A stretch of DNA of 63,874 nucleotides, filler included, from Chiloscyllium plagiosum (GCF_004010195.1; 3 parts of 2 records of this genome joined end to end with filler, not necessarily neighbours in it), one strand, 5' to 3'; positions 35,197 through 49,402 are shown, counted from the whole stretch's first letter. A program made the numbers and translations. The notes: generated by a model not told the origin, from the letters alone.

Positions 35197-38100
35197 TTTG
35201 ACCAAAAGAAACAGTTTGTCCCATTTACCATGTCAAGGTCCCATCGTGATTTTGAATAATTCCATCAAATCTCCTCCTGGTCTACTCTTTCCTAGGGAGA
35301 ACAATCCCAACTTCTCCAATCCATCTGACGTTCTTCATCCCTGGAATCGTTTATGTGGATCTTACTTGCACCATCTCACATTTCTTCTCTTCCTTCCTAA
35401 AATTTGGCACCCAAAACTGGACCTAACTTTCCAGATGAGGTTGAGACAATGCTCTATATGGCTTCAAGAGTTTAAAAAGGGACCTGAATTGTGAGTAAGG
35501 GTGAAGAATTTCTACTTCCTGTCAATCTGCAGGTGATAGTTAAAAGTACAGGACTAAGGTTAAAGTAAGTTAGAGTGGGTAAAACTAGGTAAAGTTAAAG
35601 TAACTGCAACATATAATGACAAAGTTTGGCAGGACAGCTCGACCAAGTGGAGCATCCATCCTGTGGCCCCTTCTTGTCACCTAGACAAGCCCACGTCACC
35701 GACTGCACAAGACTGAGTGACAGGTTTCAGAACTAGAGCATTAGCTGGAGTCACTGTTGAGCATTGGCAGGGCAGAGGCCTATGTGTCTATTTCATTCAG
35801 GGAGGTGATCACACCACAGGTTAGGTGCAGGCAGGCACATGGGAATGGGTGAGTGCCAGGCAGTCCAAGAGAGGTAAGTAGGTAGAGCAGGAATCCCTGG
35901 ATGTTCCGATGGATAACTGGTTTTTCATTCTGGATACTGTTAAGGACTATGGATATTCGGAGGAATGCAGCTGTACGGGAGGGGAAGGCAAAGAGCAGTA
36001 AGATAGCAAGGTTTTAATTCACTCGTGAGATGTGGGCATCACTAGCTGGGGCCAGTATTTATTTCCCATCTTTAGTCACCCTGGAGAAGATGGTGCATTC
36101 TTGAACTGCTGCAGCCCACATGTTGTAGGTTGATTCATGATGCTGTTAGGTAGGGAATTCCAGGAATTTGACCATGTGACAGTGAAGGAATAGCGATCTA
36201 TTTCCAAGTCAGGATGGCAACTGGCTTGGAGTAGCTTTAAGTTGAATGGAGAATTGATAACTTTCTTAAACTCTGTTTGTGGATGAGTCCAAATAGCCAA
36301 TATGTCAGCACAAATACATGGTATACATCCCACTTGTCTGCATGGGTGCAGCTCCAACAACACTCAAGAAGCTGGACACCATTCAGGCCAAAGAGATCGC
36401 TTGATTAGTAACACTTTCTTCCATCACTCAGTAGCAGCAGTGTGTACTATCCACAAGATGCACTGCAGAAATTCACCAAAACTCTTTAGACAGCATCTTC
36501 CAAACCCATCTGGAAAGAAAAGAGAACATCACTATCTGCAAGTTCCCCTCCAAGCCACTCCAGACTTGCAAATATATCACCGCTCCTTCAGTGTCGTTGG
36601 GTCAAAATCCTGGAATTTCCTTCCTCACAGCAAGGTGGGTGTAACTACAGCCCAAGGGCTTCAGTGGTTCAACAACACTCTTCAGAGCAATTAGAAATGG
36701 GTAACAAATGCCATCCACATCCTGCAATCAAATGCAAAGGAAAAACTGTGCTCTCGCCTCTTCTTTTGTCACAGTGTTGTGTAGAACTCTTGGTCAGCCC
36801 ATTTTAAATGGACTGCTGGTTCCTCCAGTAAAGGTTCACTACATTGGATTGATATTAACTGGATTAGACAAGAATGAGAGATGTTCTGATTGAAATGTGC
36901 GTGACTCTGGTCAGCCTAATAATGCGAGTCTAAATGTCTAATACTAGTCTTCTGCTAGTCTAAGAGACTGCAGCACACTCCCAGGATAAGGAGATGTTCA
37001 TTTCACACCGAGATGAGGAACAATTTCCACATACAAAAGCTTGTGACTCTTTGAAATTCTCTGCCTCAGAGGGTTGGGAATGCTGCATCACTGAAAGTTT
37101 TTAAGAACGAGACCGACAGATTTGTGATCCCTCAGGGAATAAGGGATATAGGGATTAGGCAGAAAGTGGAGTTGAGACCAAAAACGTCAGCCCTAATCAT
37201 TATTCACCATGAAGACAAATGTATTCTTCCAGAGTGTGGAGCAAAGAAAAAAGCACATGGGGCAGCCTCAAAGGGCTGAATGGCCTACTCCCACTGTGCT
37301 TGGTCAAGCTACCGCACAATGCTTCAAGAAAGCAGGTCACCACCACCTTCTCAAGGGGAACTAGGGTCGGGCAATAAATTCTGGCCTAACCAGCGACACA
37401 CATATCTCATGAGTGAATAAAACAAAACTCCTATTACCCGGTTTCTTGTGTTTTAGTGAAACAGGAAGACCAAAGTGATTTAATCTGTCGTTCTCCTTGG
37501 GACATTATTTGTTTTTTTTTAATTTAACCTGTTCATTGATGTTATTACACACCTCTGGAGCAGGTGGGACCTGTACCTGGGTCTCTCCTAAGAGTAGGGA
37601 CACTATCACTGTGCCACAAAGTAGCATTCTTAAAGACACTGAGGAAAATCCCAATCCAAAATAAGAGCTAAAAATGACAACCAAATAATATCCGGTTAAT
37701 AAAAACTGAAAGAACTGCAGATGCTGTAAAGTAGAAACAAAATTAGAAATTGCTGGAAAAGCTCAGCAGGTCTGGCTGTATCTGTGGAGAGAAATCAGGA
37801 GTTGTTTCGGGCTGAGTGACCCTTCTTCAGAACTGATGGTAGCCAGGAACATGTGGGTTTATATGCACCAGATAGTTGGGTTGTCGAGGGTGAGGAGTAA
37901 ACAATAGGTGGGGATAGAATCCAAAGAGACAGAAGAACAGTTTGATAGACAAAGGAGTGGATAACAATCTGGCGAGGAGGGTGAAAAACTATTAATGGAG
38001 ACTCTTAGTGCTTACCAATATCCAGTTAACACCTGGTCACTTACCAACAAAACCAACTGATGACATTCAAGAATATCACTCTGCCTTAGAATTTCAAGAT

Positions 38101-38318
38101 TTTGACCATTCTGAACTAATGAGATTTAGGCGATAGGGTGTGCAGTGATGATTGATGAATCCTGGTCAGTAAGACTACCATGTGGTTACGCATCAGGCAT
38201 CATCGCTCTCACACAGAAACACCACAGGAGTTAACACTAATGAATTCTGGGAATGCTCGACAGTAATGTTCTATTTTAATCCTATATCCGGATTGTTCAA
38301 AACGCACTGATTACTTAC

Positions 38319-38519
38319 TCCATAGAAAAGTCCAAACTGGCTGCCCGGGAAAACACTTGGCAACAGTTTATGACCAAGCTTCAGCAGAGGATGCTCGTAA
38401 CCCCAAAGCCACTCCTCCACACTCTGGCTCTGGAACAGCTCATTCCTCTTCAAGGTAAATAGTGCGGATGCAAAGATCTTCTGGGTGATCCCACTGCGCC
38501 TCAGCATTTGCAGCAGAGT
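38319..38519 (-). CDS. SCARB2: SCARB2/LIMP-2-like exon 4
   Basis: TGCCAG|ACT...GGA|GTAAGT, 201 nt: TLLQMLRR...LFQSQSVEEWLWGYEHPLL...QFGLFYG. Confidence 0.88.
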
Positions 38520-38818
38520 CTGGCAAAGGAAATTGGAGAGATAAGTGTTACACCCGCAGGGGGTACAAGGGCTGGAGGCACTCACCAGGTGCCAGAAGGT
38601 GGAATCTGAACAATGTTCCCACATCAGTGTATCCGACACCGCTGTACTTTGACTGAAGGTGGAGGGGAGTTGTCAGAGGTAGGTTCTTTTAAACAGAGAG
38701 TGGTGGGTGCGTGGAGTGCACTTCCAGCAGTGGTAGTAGAGTCAGATACATTAGGGACATTTAAGCGACTCTTGGATAGGCACATGGAAGTTGGTACAAT
38801 GAAGGGTATGTAAGTTAG

Positions 38819-39176
38819 TCTGATCTTCGAGTAGGATAAAAGGCCGGCATAACATAGAGGGTCAAAGGGCCTGTACTGTGCTGTACTGTTCTATGTTACT
38901 GATGTACATCCTCCTACTTACAATAAATGGAATGTTGATTGTCGTAATGATGTCCTCCCGCGGATCACCTACTGACATTGTTGGCTCAAAGACAAAGTCT
39001 GATCTTCGAGTAGGATAAAAGGCCGGCATAACATAGAGGGTCAAAGGGCCTGTACTGTGCTGTACTGTTCTATGTTACTGATATACATCCTCCTACTTAC
39101 AATAAATGGAATGTTGATTGTCGTAATGATGTCCTCCTGCGGATCACCGACTGACATTGTTGGCTCAAAGACAAAG
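38819..39176. repeat. 179-bp tandem duplication of a LINE tail plus the 3' half and donor site of SCARB2-like exon 3
   Basis: Units 38819-38997 and 38998-39176 differ at 3 positions. Confidence 0.95.
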
Positions 39177-39245
39177 CTTCTCTGAGTTGTGGCTGAGATC
39201 GTGGAATTGCTGAACAACGACACGTTAGCACGATGTCGGAACTCC
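39101..39245 (-). CDS. SCARB2: SCARB2/LIMP-2-like exon 3
   Basis: CAACAG|G...ATT|GTAAGT, 145 nt: EFRHRANVSLFSNSTISATTQRSFVFEPTMSVGDPQEDIITTINIPFI. Confidence 0.9.
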
Positions 39246-40599
39246 CTGTTGGGAACGAGAACCATTGGGAGTTATTAGGTTAGGTAAGTTCAACATGTTG
39301 GAGAAATAAGAAACAGGTAAGAAATATTCATTCACTTATTCCAAACAGCACACAGGCCACACAGCGTTATTCTGGACATCAAAATCATAAAATCTCGGAG
39401 TAGAATTAGGCCATTCAGCCCATCGAGTCTGCTCCACCATCCCTGATATGATTCTTAATCCCCTTCTCCTGCTTTCTCCCTATAACCCTTAATCCCCTGA
39501 CTCATCAAGAATCAAGCTGTCTTAAATACACTCAATGTCTTGGCCTCCACAGCCTTCTGGGGTCATGTGTATCACAGATTCACCACCCTCTGGCTGAAGA
39601 AATTCCCTCTCGTCTCAGTTCCAAAGAGTCCTCCTTTCACTCTGAGACTGTTCCTTTGGGTCCTGATCTCTCCTACTAGTGGAAACATCTTCTCCAAGAC
39701 CACTTTATCCAGATCACTCAGTATTCTCTCAGTTGAAATAAAACGTCCCCATATACTTCTAAACGCCATCGAGTACAGACGCAGAGTCCTCAACCACTTC
39801 TCATATGACAAGCCCTTTAAATACAGACCCCAGAATTGAAATTGTTGGTGTACCTGGAGGAGGGGAGATGGGGTAATAATGGGGTGAGTTGCCTTGAATA
39901 GACTCACACTCCGTGGCTGGTTTATAATGGGGGTAACCAGGGCCACTGGTTTGATGGATTATGGATCTTGAGGCTCCAGTGTCCCCAAAATCTAGGGGCA
40001 CACGGTTCCATGGATGGAGCAAAGAGATGACCTCTGTAAATCCATCACCAAACACTCCCAGTCTCACCTACATCACCCTTTGACCCCCCCAACCCTGCAA
40101 GAGTATCAAGATCTTGCTATTGGATCCTCAGAGGAAGATTAGGCTGACTTTAAAAACCAGAAGCTATAGATGACCTGCAATGGCAGAGTTCAGGTCTGTG
40201 ATTTATCATCAATCATCCGTATGGCCTGTCAGCTCTTAACAACCCAAATTGTGGGCAATTGGGTACGCTTTTTTCAAATGGTGGAGGGAGTGCCTTGGTT
40301 GCCATGTACTTGCCCCCACACTGTACAAAAAATGTGGGAAATCTCGACTGTGATCCGGCAGCCAGCAACAGAAATGGCCCCAAGTTTGTTTATGAGCTAC
40401 AATGAAGCTTGCTGGGAATTTTGGTCAAGCTAGTTTAAATGCTGACCTCAGTTAAAATCGCAGCCAGGACCTGCTGTGACCTGCAGTTTCCTGTGTTGAC
40501 CAAATAAGGGCAGATGTCATGTGATCAACTCATATTACAATATTACCTTATGTGGGACTTGGAATATGGCTGCTGTTTAATATTTGTAATTAGAAATAT

Positions 40600-41137
40600 T
40601 AGTGTGTAAACAGGCCCTTTGGCCCAACAAGTTCACACCGACCCTCCAAAGAGTAACCCATCCAAACCCATTCCTCTACATCTACCCGAGTAATGTACCT
40701 AACCTACACATCCCTAACACTATGGGTAATTTGGAGAAAGTGAGAACTGCAGATGCTGGAGATCAGAGCCGAAAAGTGTGGTGATGGAAAAGCACAGCCA
40801 GTTAGGCAGCATCAGAGAAGCAAGAGAATTGACGTTTTGAGCGTAATGATTAAGAGCTTATGCTCAAAATATCAACTCTCCTGCTCCTTGGATGCTGCCC
40901 GACCAGCTGTGCTTTTCCAGCACCACACTTTTCGACTATGGGTAATTTAGCATGGGCATTCCACCGAACTTGTACATCTCTGGATTGTGGGAGGAAGCCT
41001 GAGCACCCAGAGGAAACCCACACAGACACGGGTAGGACATGCAAACTCCACACAGAGTGTCGCCCGAGCCTGGAATCGAACCCAGGTTGCTAGTGCTGTG
41101 AGGCAGCAGTGCTAACCACTGAGCCACCGTGCCACCC
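40600..41137 (-). mobile_element. HE1-like SINE interrupted by a fold-back Penelope-derived mini-element (40733-40934)
   Basis: TSD ACTATGGGTAATTT at 40719-40732 and 40935-40948, inside the SINE body. Confidence 0.88.
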
Positions 41138-42368
41138 ATTTGGGAGTTTTTATAACCAGTAAAATTCCATTGGCTGGGGTCAAATGGTGGGATCAGGGTT
41201 CATTGGCTGAGTGCCATAGAAGTTCTGGAAATCAATCACATTTTGAGATAAGCTAACAGAAAAAAAAAAACAATTTTCTCAGGAGAAGCCTTTGAGACCA
41301 ACATTTGGGAAGTATGTGCCCTGACATTATCTTCAGAGAAGACACAGAACCCCAGCAGAAAAGACCTGAATGGAGAACAAAGTTGGCCACTTTCACGCGA
41401 TTCGGGGTAGTTTTTGCTTCAAATCCAACCTCCAGATTGGGTCAAATCTGAATTAAGTGAAGTAAGACACAGCGAAGTTAAATGAAGGGAGTTAGAGCTG
41501 AAGTTAAGTTTGATAAAGTTAGAAGTAAATGCTGCAACAAATGTATGCTTTATATTGAATATTTTACTTGAAGAGTTAGAATAAAGAAAGGTTGTTTAAT
41601 TAAATTCTGAGTTTGGTCTGTTATATAAGGGCACCTAGCAAAAGGTTTGACTATTCCCTTTTGACAACACCACCTCTAATGACAGGAAAACAAAGGTAGC
41701 TCATATCCACAATTCCATAAATGGAACAAGACGGCTTTTGCTTGCACCAAGATCAAGAATTAATTTTCAAAGAATGCCTTCAGTAGGGCGCGGACAAGGA
41801 TCAAATACAGGGCAAACCTCTTTTCTCGAGTGACCAGTTTCTGAGCTGGAATGGAATTTAACTCCATGAGTTACGATTGTGCCACAGAAGGGACTATATG
41901 GAGAAATGCCAATCCCAACTTTCTTATTTGTCATTACCTTCACAGAACCAAGATCCTTCTGGACAATGAAGGAGAGTGACCCCAGGGTCACATGATCCCT
42001 ATCAGCTGATTTCAACAGGTAGATGAAGTCCCTGGCAGTCCAACTGAAGACGGTGCACCAGAACTTGCCGTTCCCGAAGTCAAGCTCTTGCAGTACAGTT
42101 ACAACACTGGCATCTACCCGACAATGTGGACAATTCTCCAGGTATGCCTTGGCTTTTATGTACAAATCCAACCTGGTCAATTAATGCCCCAACACTTGAC
42201 TCTCCATCATCAGTAAAGTGATGGAAGGGATCATCAGCACTGCTGTCAAGCAGCACCTGCTCAGCAGTAACCTGCTCAGTGACGCCCAGTTCAGATTTCA
42301 CCTAGGCAACTCAGCTCCTGATCTCACTACAACCTTGAGTTACTGTGTGCACACACATAGAGCTCACT

Positions 42369-42523
42369 ATCCCAGTCGATGCAGAGCGCGCACACAGCCA
42401 GATATCCCAGTTGATGCAGAGCGCGCACACAGCCAGATATCCCAGTCGATGCAGAGCGCACACACAGCCAGATATCCCAGTCGATGCAGAGCGCGCACAC
42501 AGCCAGATATCCCAGTCGATGCA
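42369..42523 (+). repeat. 35-bp minisatellite, about 4.4 copies
   Basis: CCCAGTCGATGCAGAGCGCGCACACAGCCAGATAT units are contiguous. Confidence 0.95.
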
Positions 42524-42539
42524 GTGATGTATTAGACTG

Positions 42540-43770
42540 TCACTCTCAAGCATTGCAAGGATGTTAAAGCTGGGAACTAATTATTCAGGATGATGTGAGT
42601 TTTTGGAAGGAAAGGATGGTGGTGTATGTTTGTTAGTATGGGTACATACAGTAGCAAGGCATGATCATTAATCAGATGCAGAAACTATATTGGCTAAGGT
42701 AAGAAATGGCAAGAGAAGAAGGTAAATTTAGAGTAGCTTATGGGCTGACCAGCTATATTGTAGGTTAGCATGTCAGTCACTAGATGTAATGGAAAAAATC
42801 AAATTAACAGAAGTAGCCAGGAGAATGGATTTTTATTTCCAGATCAGGCTATTTTGGACCTGAAAATGTGTAATAAAACAGATTCATAAAATGATCTCAG
42901 AGTGAGTGGTCCACTTGGAAGCAATGATCATAACATTGTAGAATTTAACATTTAATGTGAGTGTGGGAAACGTGGGTCAAAAGCAACCATTACTTAAGGA
43001 AGGATAATTACAAAGGCAGGAGGACAGAGTCAGCTGGAATGGATTGGGAAATAAGTTTAGTTAAAATGATGATTGATGAGCGACGGTGGATGTTTAAGAA
43101 AATAGTTCATTGCTTACAGCAAAGATATGTTCCACTGAGGCAGAAGGGTTTTAGGAAGGGGATAAACGAACAAAGTTAAGGATAGTTTCAAACTGAAAAA
43201 CATATAATTTAGTAAAGATGGAGCTAAATCAGAAGATTGGCAAGTTTTAAAAATTAATAGCAGATGACGTAAAAACAAAGGGAGAAAATATCCCCTAGGA
43301 GATATAAAGATAGACAGTAACAGCTGTCAGTAACAACAGAAGAGAGAGGCCAAAGTGATCATAGAGAACAAGACTGTGGAAATAGTAATCGCAAGCAAGG
43401 AAATGACAAAGGATTGGAATAAACACATTGTCCCAGCCTTCACACTATAGCATTCAAAAATTACTATATAATCAAAGAACAAAAAGAGAAGAGGAAGTCA
43501 CTATCACTTGAGAAAAGGTGCTGGGGAACTAATGGAGGTAAAGGCTGCTAAGTCTCCAGGATCTGATGTAACGTATTCTAGCATATGGAAGGAAGTAGTT
43601 ACAGAGATAGCGAATGCACTGGTCATAACCTTTCAGGAATCCTTAGATTCCGGAAAATACCCATAGGATTGGAAAACTGCCGACGTCACACTCTGATTTT
43701 AAAAACGGAAGAAGATGAAATCAAATGACTCTAGGCCAGTTAGCTTAACTTCTGCTATTGGGAAAATTAA
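42540..43770 (+). mobile_element. Old CR1 LINE ORF2 (EN to RT); continues at about 44965-45390 and 48640-49095
   Basis: Degenerate GSNDHNIVEF, KSPGSD, DWKTADVT, RPVSLTS; later GKPVDV|IY.DFQKA and SGVPEGPVLGP. Confidence 0.75.
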
Positions 43771-45025
43771 GTCATAGTCATAGAGTCATACAGTACAGAA
43801 ATCGACTCTTCAGTCCCACCAGTCCCTGCCAACCATAGTCACAAACTAAATTAGTCCGACCTGCTAGCACCTGTCCCATATCCCTCCAAACATTTATTAT
43901 GCATTAACTTATTCAAATGTTTTTTAAATGTTGTAACATCCACCACTTCCTCTGGAAGTTCATTCCACACACAAACCACTCTCCGTATAAACAAATGCTC
44001 ATGTCTTTTTAAAATCTTTTTCCTCTCACCCCAAAAATATTCCCCAGTCTTGAAATCCCTCACTGTAGGGAAAAGACACCTGCCATTCACCTTATCTGGA
44101 AGGCATTTAGTACACTTGCCTTTAGTGCTCAATACATTGAGTATAGGAGTTGGGAGATATGTTCCATCTGTAGGTTAGGCCACTATTGGAATACTGCGTG
44201 CAATTCTGGTCTCCCTGTTGTAAGAAAAATGTTTTGAGAATTGAAAGGGTTCAGAAAAGATTTACAAAGATGTAGCCAGGGTTGGAGAGTTTGAGCGATA
44301 AGGAGAGGCTGAATAAGCTGGGGCTGTTTTCCCTGGAGCATTGAAGGCTGAGGGGTGACCTTAGAGGTTTATAAAATCATGAGGGGCATAAATAGACAAG
44401 GTCTTTTCCTTGGGGTGGGGGAGTCCAAAATTAGAGGGCATAGGTTTGAGATGAGGGGGAAAATTTTAAAAGGGACCAAAAGGGCAACTTTATATCATGC
44501 AGAGGAGATGGTGGAGACTGGTACAATTACAACATTTAAAAGGCATCTAGATGGGTATATGAGTAGGAAGGGTTCCGAAACGTCGAATCTTCTGTTCCCT
44601 AGATGCTGCCTGACCTGCTGTGCTGTTCCAGCAATAAAGTTTCAGCTTAGAGAGGTATGGGCCAAATGCTGGCAAATAGGAGTAGAGCTATTAAGGATAT
44701 CGGGATTAGTAGGACTGAAGGACACAGCTTCCATGCTGTGCAGCTCTATGACTCTACATCCCTCATTATTTTATAAACCTCTATAAGGCCATCACCTAAC
44801 CTCCTATGCTCCAGTGAAAAAAGTCCCAGATTATTTTTATACATCAAACCTTCCATTCCCGGCAACATCCTGGTAAATCTCTTCTGAACCCTCTCCAGCT
44901 TAATAAAATCTTTCCTATAACTGGACTCAGTACTCCAGAAGAGGCTTCACCAAAATCCTGTACTAAAGGAATCAATATCAGGGAATTTATAAATACATAA
45001 TAATAAGGCAAAATCAGCATGACTT

Positions 45026-45297
45026 TGGGTTGGCACTGTGGCACAGTGGTTAGCACTGCTGCCTCACAGCGCCAGAGACTCAGGTTCAATTCCCACCTCT
45101 GGCATCTGTTTGTGTGGAGTTTGCACACTCTATGCATGGGTTTCCTCTCACAGTCCAAAGATGTGCAGGTTAGGTGAATTGGCCATGCTAAATTGCCGGT
45201 AGTGTTAGGTGAAGGGGTAAATGTAGGGGAATGGGTCTGTGTGGATTGCTCTTTGGAGGGCTGAAAGGCCTATTTCCACACTGTATGGAATCTAATC
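45026..45297 (+). mobile_element. HE1-like SINE
   Basis: Standard head and tail. Confidence 0.88.
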
Positions 45298-45388
45298 ATA
45301 TTAAAAAAAAGGCTTCATGAGGGGGAATTTAATGAAATCCTTTGAGGAGGTGGTGACATGGAGCATAGATGAAGGGAAACCGGTAGAT

Positions 45389-48300
45389 GTTGCACCTGAA
45401 CCAGAAGGGCACCAATATCCTGGGGGGTAGGTTTGCGAGCACTCTTCGGGGGGGTTTAAACTAATTTGGCAGGGGGATGGGATCCGGACTTGTAGTCCAG
45501 CAAGCTGTGTGTCAGGATGCCCAAGACTGTAGGGAGGCTGTGGAGAAGGTAGCACTGACAGGGACTACTTGCGGACACAGAGATGGGCTCAAGAGTGTAC
45601 ACTTCAACGCAAGGAGTATCAGAAATAAGGTCGGTGAACTTAAGGCGTGGATCGGTACCTGGGACTACGATGTTGTGCCCATCACGGAACGTGGATAGAT
45701 GTGGGACAGGAATGGCTGTTGGAGGTTCCTGGTTACAGGTGTTTCAGTAAAATTAGGGAGGGTGGGAAAAAAGGAGGGGGAGTGGCATTGCTAATTAGAA
45801 ATGGTATAACGGCTGCAGAAAGGAAGTTTGAGGGGGATCCGCCTCTGGAGGTAGTATGGGCTGAAGTCAGAAATAGGAAAGGTGCAGTCACCTTGTTGGG
45901 TGTTTACTATAGGCCCCCCAATAGCAGCAGAGATGTGGAGAAACAGATGGGGAAACAGATTGTGGAAAGGTGCTGTTGCCACAGGGTCGTAGTCATGGGC
46001 GACTTCAACTTCCCAAATATTGATTGGAAGCTCTTTAGATCAAGTAGATTGGATGGGGCGGTGTTTGTGCAGTGTGTCCAGGAAGCTTTTCTAACGCAGT
46101 ATGTAGATTGTACAACCAGAGGGGAGGGCATATTGGATTTGATACTCGGTAATGAACCGGGACAAGTGATGGGCTTGTTAGTGAGTGAATATTTTGGTGA
46201 TGGTGACCACAATTCTGTGACTTTCACCTTGGTTATGCAGAGAGATAGGTGCGCACAACAAGGTAGATTTTATAATTGGGGGAAGGGAAATTACGATGCT
46301 GTAAGGCACGATTTGAGGAGCATACGTTGGGAGCATAGGCTGTCAGGGAAGGATGTGGAGGAAATGTGGAACTTTTTCAAAGAGCAGATACGACGTGTCC
46401 ATGATATGTATGTACCTATCAGGCAGGAAAGAAATGGTCGGGTGGGGGAGCCTTGGTTGACGAGAGAGGTTGAATGTCTGGTAAAGAGGAAGAAGGAGGC
46501 TTACATAAGGTGAGGAAACAGGATTCAGACAGAGCAGTGGAGGGATACAGGATAGCCAGAAGGGACCTGAAGAAAGGGATTAGGAGAGCTAAGAGAGGGC
46601 ATGAAAAAGCGTTGGCGGATAGGATCAAGGATAACCCCAAGGCATTTTATGCGTATGTGAGAAACCTGAGAATCACGAGAACGAGGGTAGGTCCGATCAA
46701 GGACAGTAGTGGGAGACTGTGTATTGAGTCGGAAGAGATAGGAGAGGTCTTGAACAAGTACTTCTCTTCAGTATTTACGAACGAGAGGGACCGTATTGTA
46801 GAAGAGGAGAGTGTGAAATGGACTGGTAAGCTAGAAGAGATACCTGTTAGGAAGGAAGATGTGCTGGACATTTTGAACAACTTGAGGATAGACAAGTCCC
46901 CCAGGCCTGACGGGATATATCCTAGGATTATGTGGGAAGCAAGAGAGGAAAGTGCAGTACCGTTGGCAATGATCTTCTCGTCTTCACTGGCAACGGGGGT
47001 GGTACCAGGGGACTGGAGAGTAGCGAATGCTGTGCCCCTGTTCAAAAAAGGGAATAGGGATAACCCCGGGAATTACAGGCCTGTTAGTCTTACTTCTGTG
47101 GTAGGCAAAGTAATGGAAAGGGTACTGAGGGATAGGATTTATGAGTATCTGGAAAGACACTGCTTGATTAGGGACAGCCAGCACGGATTTGTGAAGGGTA
47201 GGTCTTGCCTTACAAGTCATATTGAATTCTTCGAGGAGGTGACCAAGCATGTGGATGAGGGTAGAGCAGTGGATGCAGTATACATGGATTTTAGTAAGGC
47301 ATTTGACAAGGTTTCCCATGGTAGGCTTATGCGGAAAGTCAGGAGGCATAGGATAGAGGGAAATTTGGCCAATTGGATAGAAAACTGGCTAACCAGTCGA
47401 AGTCAGAGAGTGGTGGTAGATGGTAAATATTCAGCCTGGAGCCCAGTTACAAGTGGAGTTCCGCAGGGATCAGTTCTGGGTCCTCTGCTGTTTGTAATTT
47501 TTATTAATGACTTAGATGAGGGAGTCGAAGGGTGGGACAGTAAATTTGCAGATGATACGAAGAGAGGTGGAGTTGTGGACAGTGAGGAGGGCTGTTGTCG
47601 GCTGCAGAGGGACTTAGATATGATGCAGAGCTGGGCTGAGGAGTGGCAGATGGAGTTCAACCCTGCCAAGTGTGAGGTTGTCCATTTTGGAAGAACAAAT
47701 AAGAATGCGGAATACAGGGTTAATGGTAGGGTTCTTAGTCAGGTGGAGGAACAGAGGGATCTTGGGGTCTATGTACATAGATCTTTGAAGGTTGCCACTC
47801 AGGTGGATAGAGTTTGTAAGAAGGCCTATGGAGTATCATCGTTCATTAGCAGAGGGATTGAATTCAAGAGCCGTGAAGTGATGTTGCAGCTGTACAGGAC
47901 TTTGGTTAGGCCACAGTTGGAGTACTGTGTGCAGTTCTGGTCGCCTCACTTTAGGAAAGATGTGGAAGCTTTGGAGAGGGTGCAGAGAAGATTTACCAGG
48001 ATGTTGCCTGGAATGGAGAACAGNNNNNNNNNNNNNNNNNNNNNNNNNNNNNNNNNNNNNNNNNNNNNNNNNNNNNNNNNNNNNNNNNNNNNNNNNNNNN
48101 NNNNNNNNNNNNNNNNNNNNNNNNNNNNNNNNNNNNNNNNNNNNNNNNNNNNNNNNNNNNNNNNNNNNNNNNNNNNNNNNNNNNNAGAGGGTGCAGAGAA
48201 GGTTTACCAGGATGTTGCCTGGAATGGAGAGGAAGTCGTACGAGGATAGGTTGAGAGTTCTCGGCCTTTTCTCGTTGGGACGGCGAAGGATGAGGGGTGA

Positions 48301-48639
48301 CTTGATAGAGGTTTATAAGATGATCAGAGGAATAGATAGAGTAGACAGTCAGAAACTTTTTCCCGGGTACAACAGAGTGTTACAAGGGGACATAAATTTA
48401 AGGTGAAGGGTGGAAGGTATAGGGGAGATGTCAGGGGTGGGTTCTTTACCCAGAGAGTGGTGGGGGCATGGAATGCGCTGCCCGTGGGAGTGGTAGAGTC
48501 GGAATCATTGGCGACCTTTAAGCGGCATTTGGATAGGTACATGGATGGGTACTTAATCTAGGTTAGAAGTTCGGCACAACATCGTGGGCCGAAGGGCCTG
48601 TTCTGTAATGTATTGTTCTATGTTCTATGTTCTATGTTA
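45389..48639 (+). mobile_element. Young, nearly full-ORF2 CR1/HER1 LINE (end of ORF1 esterase, APE endonuclease, RT)
   Basis: LHLNQKGTNILGGRFASTLRGGLN*; FNARSIRNK, GDFNFP, GDHN; QHGF, DFSKAFD, GVPQGSVLGP, KFADD; at least two frameshifts (near 45690 and 46510), an N gap, and a (CTATGTT)n tail. Confidence 0.95.
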
Positions 48640-49097
48640 TATATTAGATTTCCAAAAGCATCAATAAGGTCCCACATGAACCATAATAAGACAAGGCCAT
48701 GGGGTTAGAGATGGCATTATAGCATGGATAACTAATAGAGCACAAATAGCTGGGATAAGGGGGACACTTTAAGCTGGCAACCTGGAACTAGTGGAGTGCC
48801 AGAGGGACCAGTGCTGGGACCACAATTATTTATTCTATGCATTAATGATTTGGATGAGGAAGACGAATGTACTATAACCAGGTTTGCAAATGCCATAAAA
48901 AATAGATGGGAAGACAAATGGTGAGGACAACTCAAACAGCGCAGAGGGTCAGAGACAGGTTAAGTGAAAGGGTATGAACTTGACAGTTGGAATATAATGT
49001 GTGCAAATGTCAGGTTATGCACTTTGGCAGGAAGAATAGAGGGGCTGAATATTGTTGAGATGGGAAAAAAAATGCAGCAAGCTACAGCACAGAAGGG

Positions 49098-49402
49098 TTT
49101 AGATTAGATTCCCTACAGTGTGGAAACAGGCCCTTCGGCCCAACAGGTCCACAACAACCCTCCAAAGAGTAACCCACCCAGTCCCATTTCCCTCTGAATG
49201 ATGTACCTAACACTATGGGAAATTTAACGTGGCCAATTCACCTGACCTGCACATCTTTGGACTGTGGGAGGAAACCGAGCACCCAGAGGAAACCCACGGG
49301 GAGAACGTGCAAACTTCACACAGACAGTCACCCAAGGCTGGAATTGAAGCCAGGTCCCATTGGTGCTGTGAGGCAGCAGTGCTAACCACTGAGTCACCAT
49401 GC
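49098..49402 (-). mobile_element. HE1-like SINE
   Basis: Standard head and tail. Confidence 0.88.

Noticed and set aside
42369..42523. 35-bp repeats as a CRISPR array
   Set aside because: No unique spacers and a vertebrate context; it is a minisatellite.
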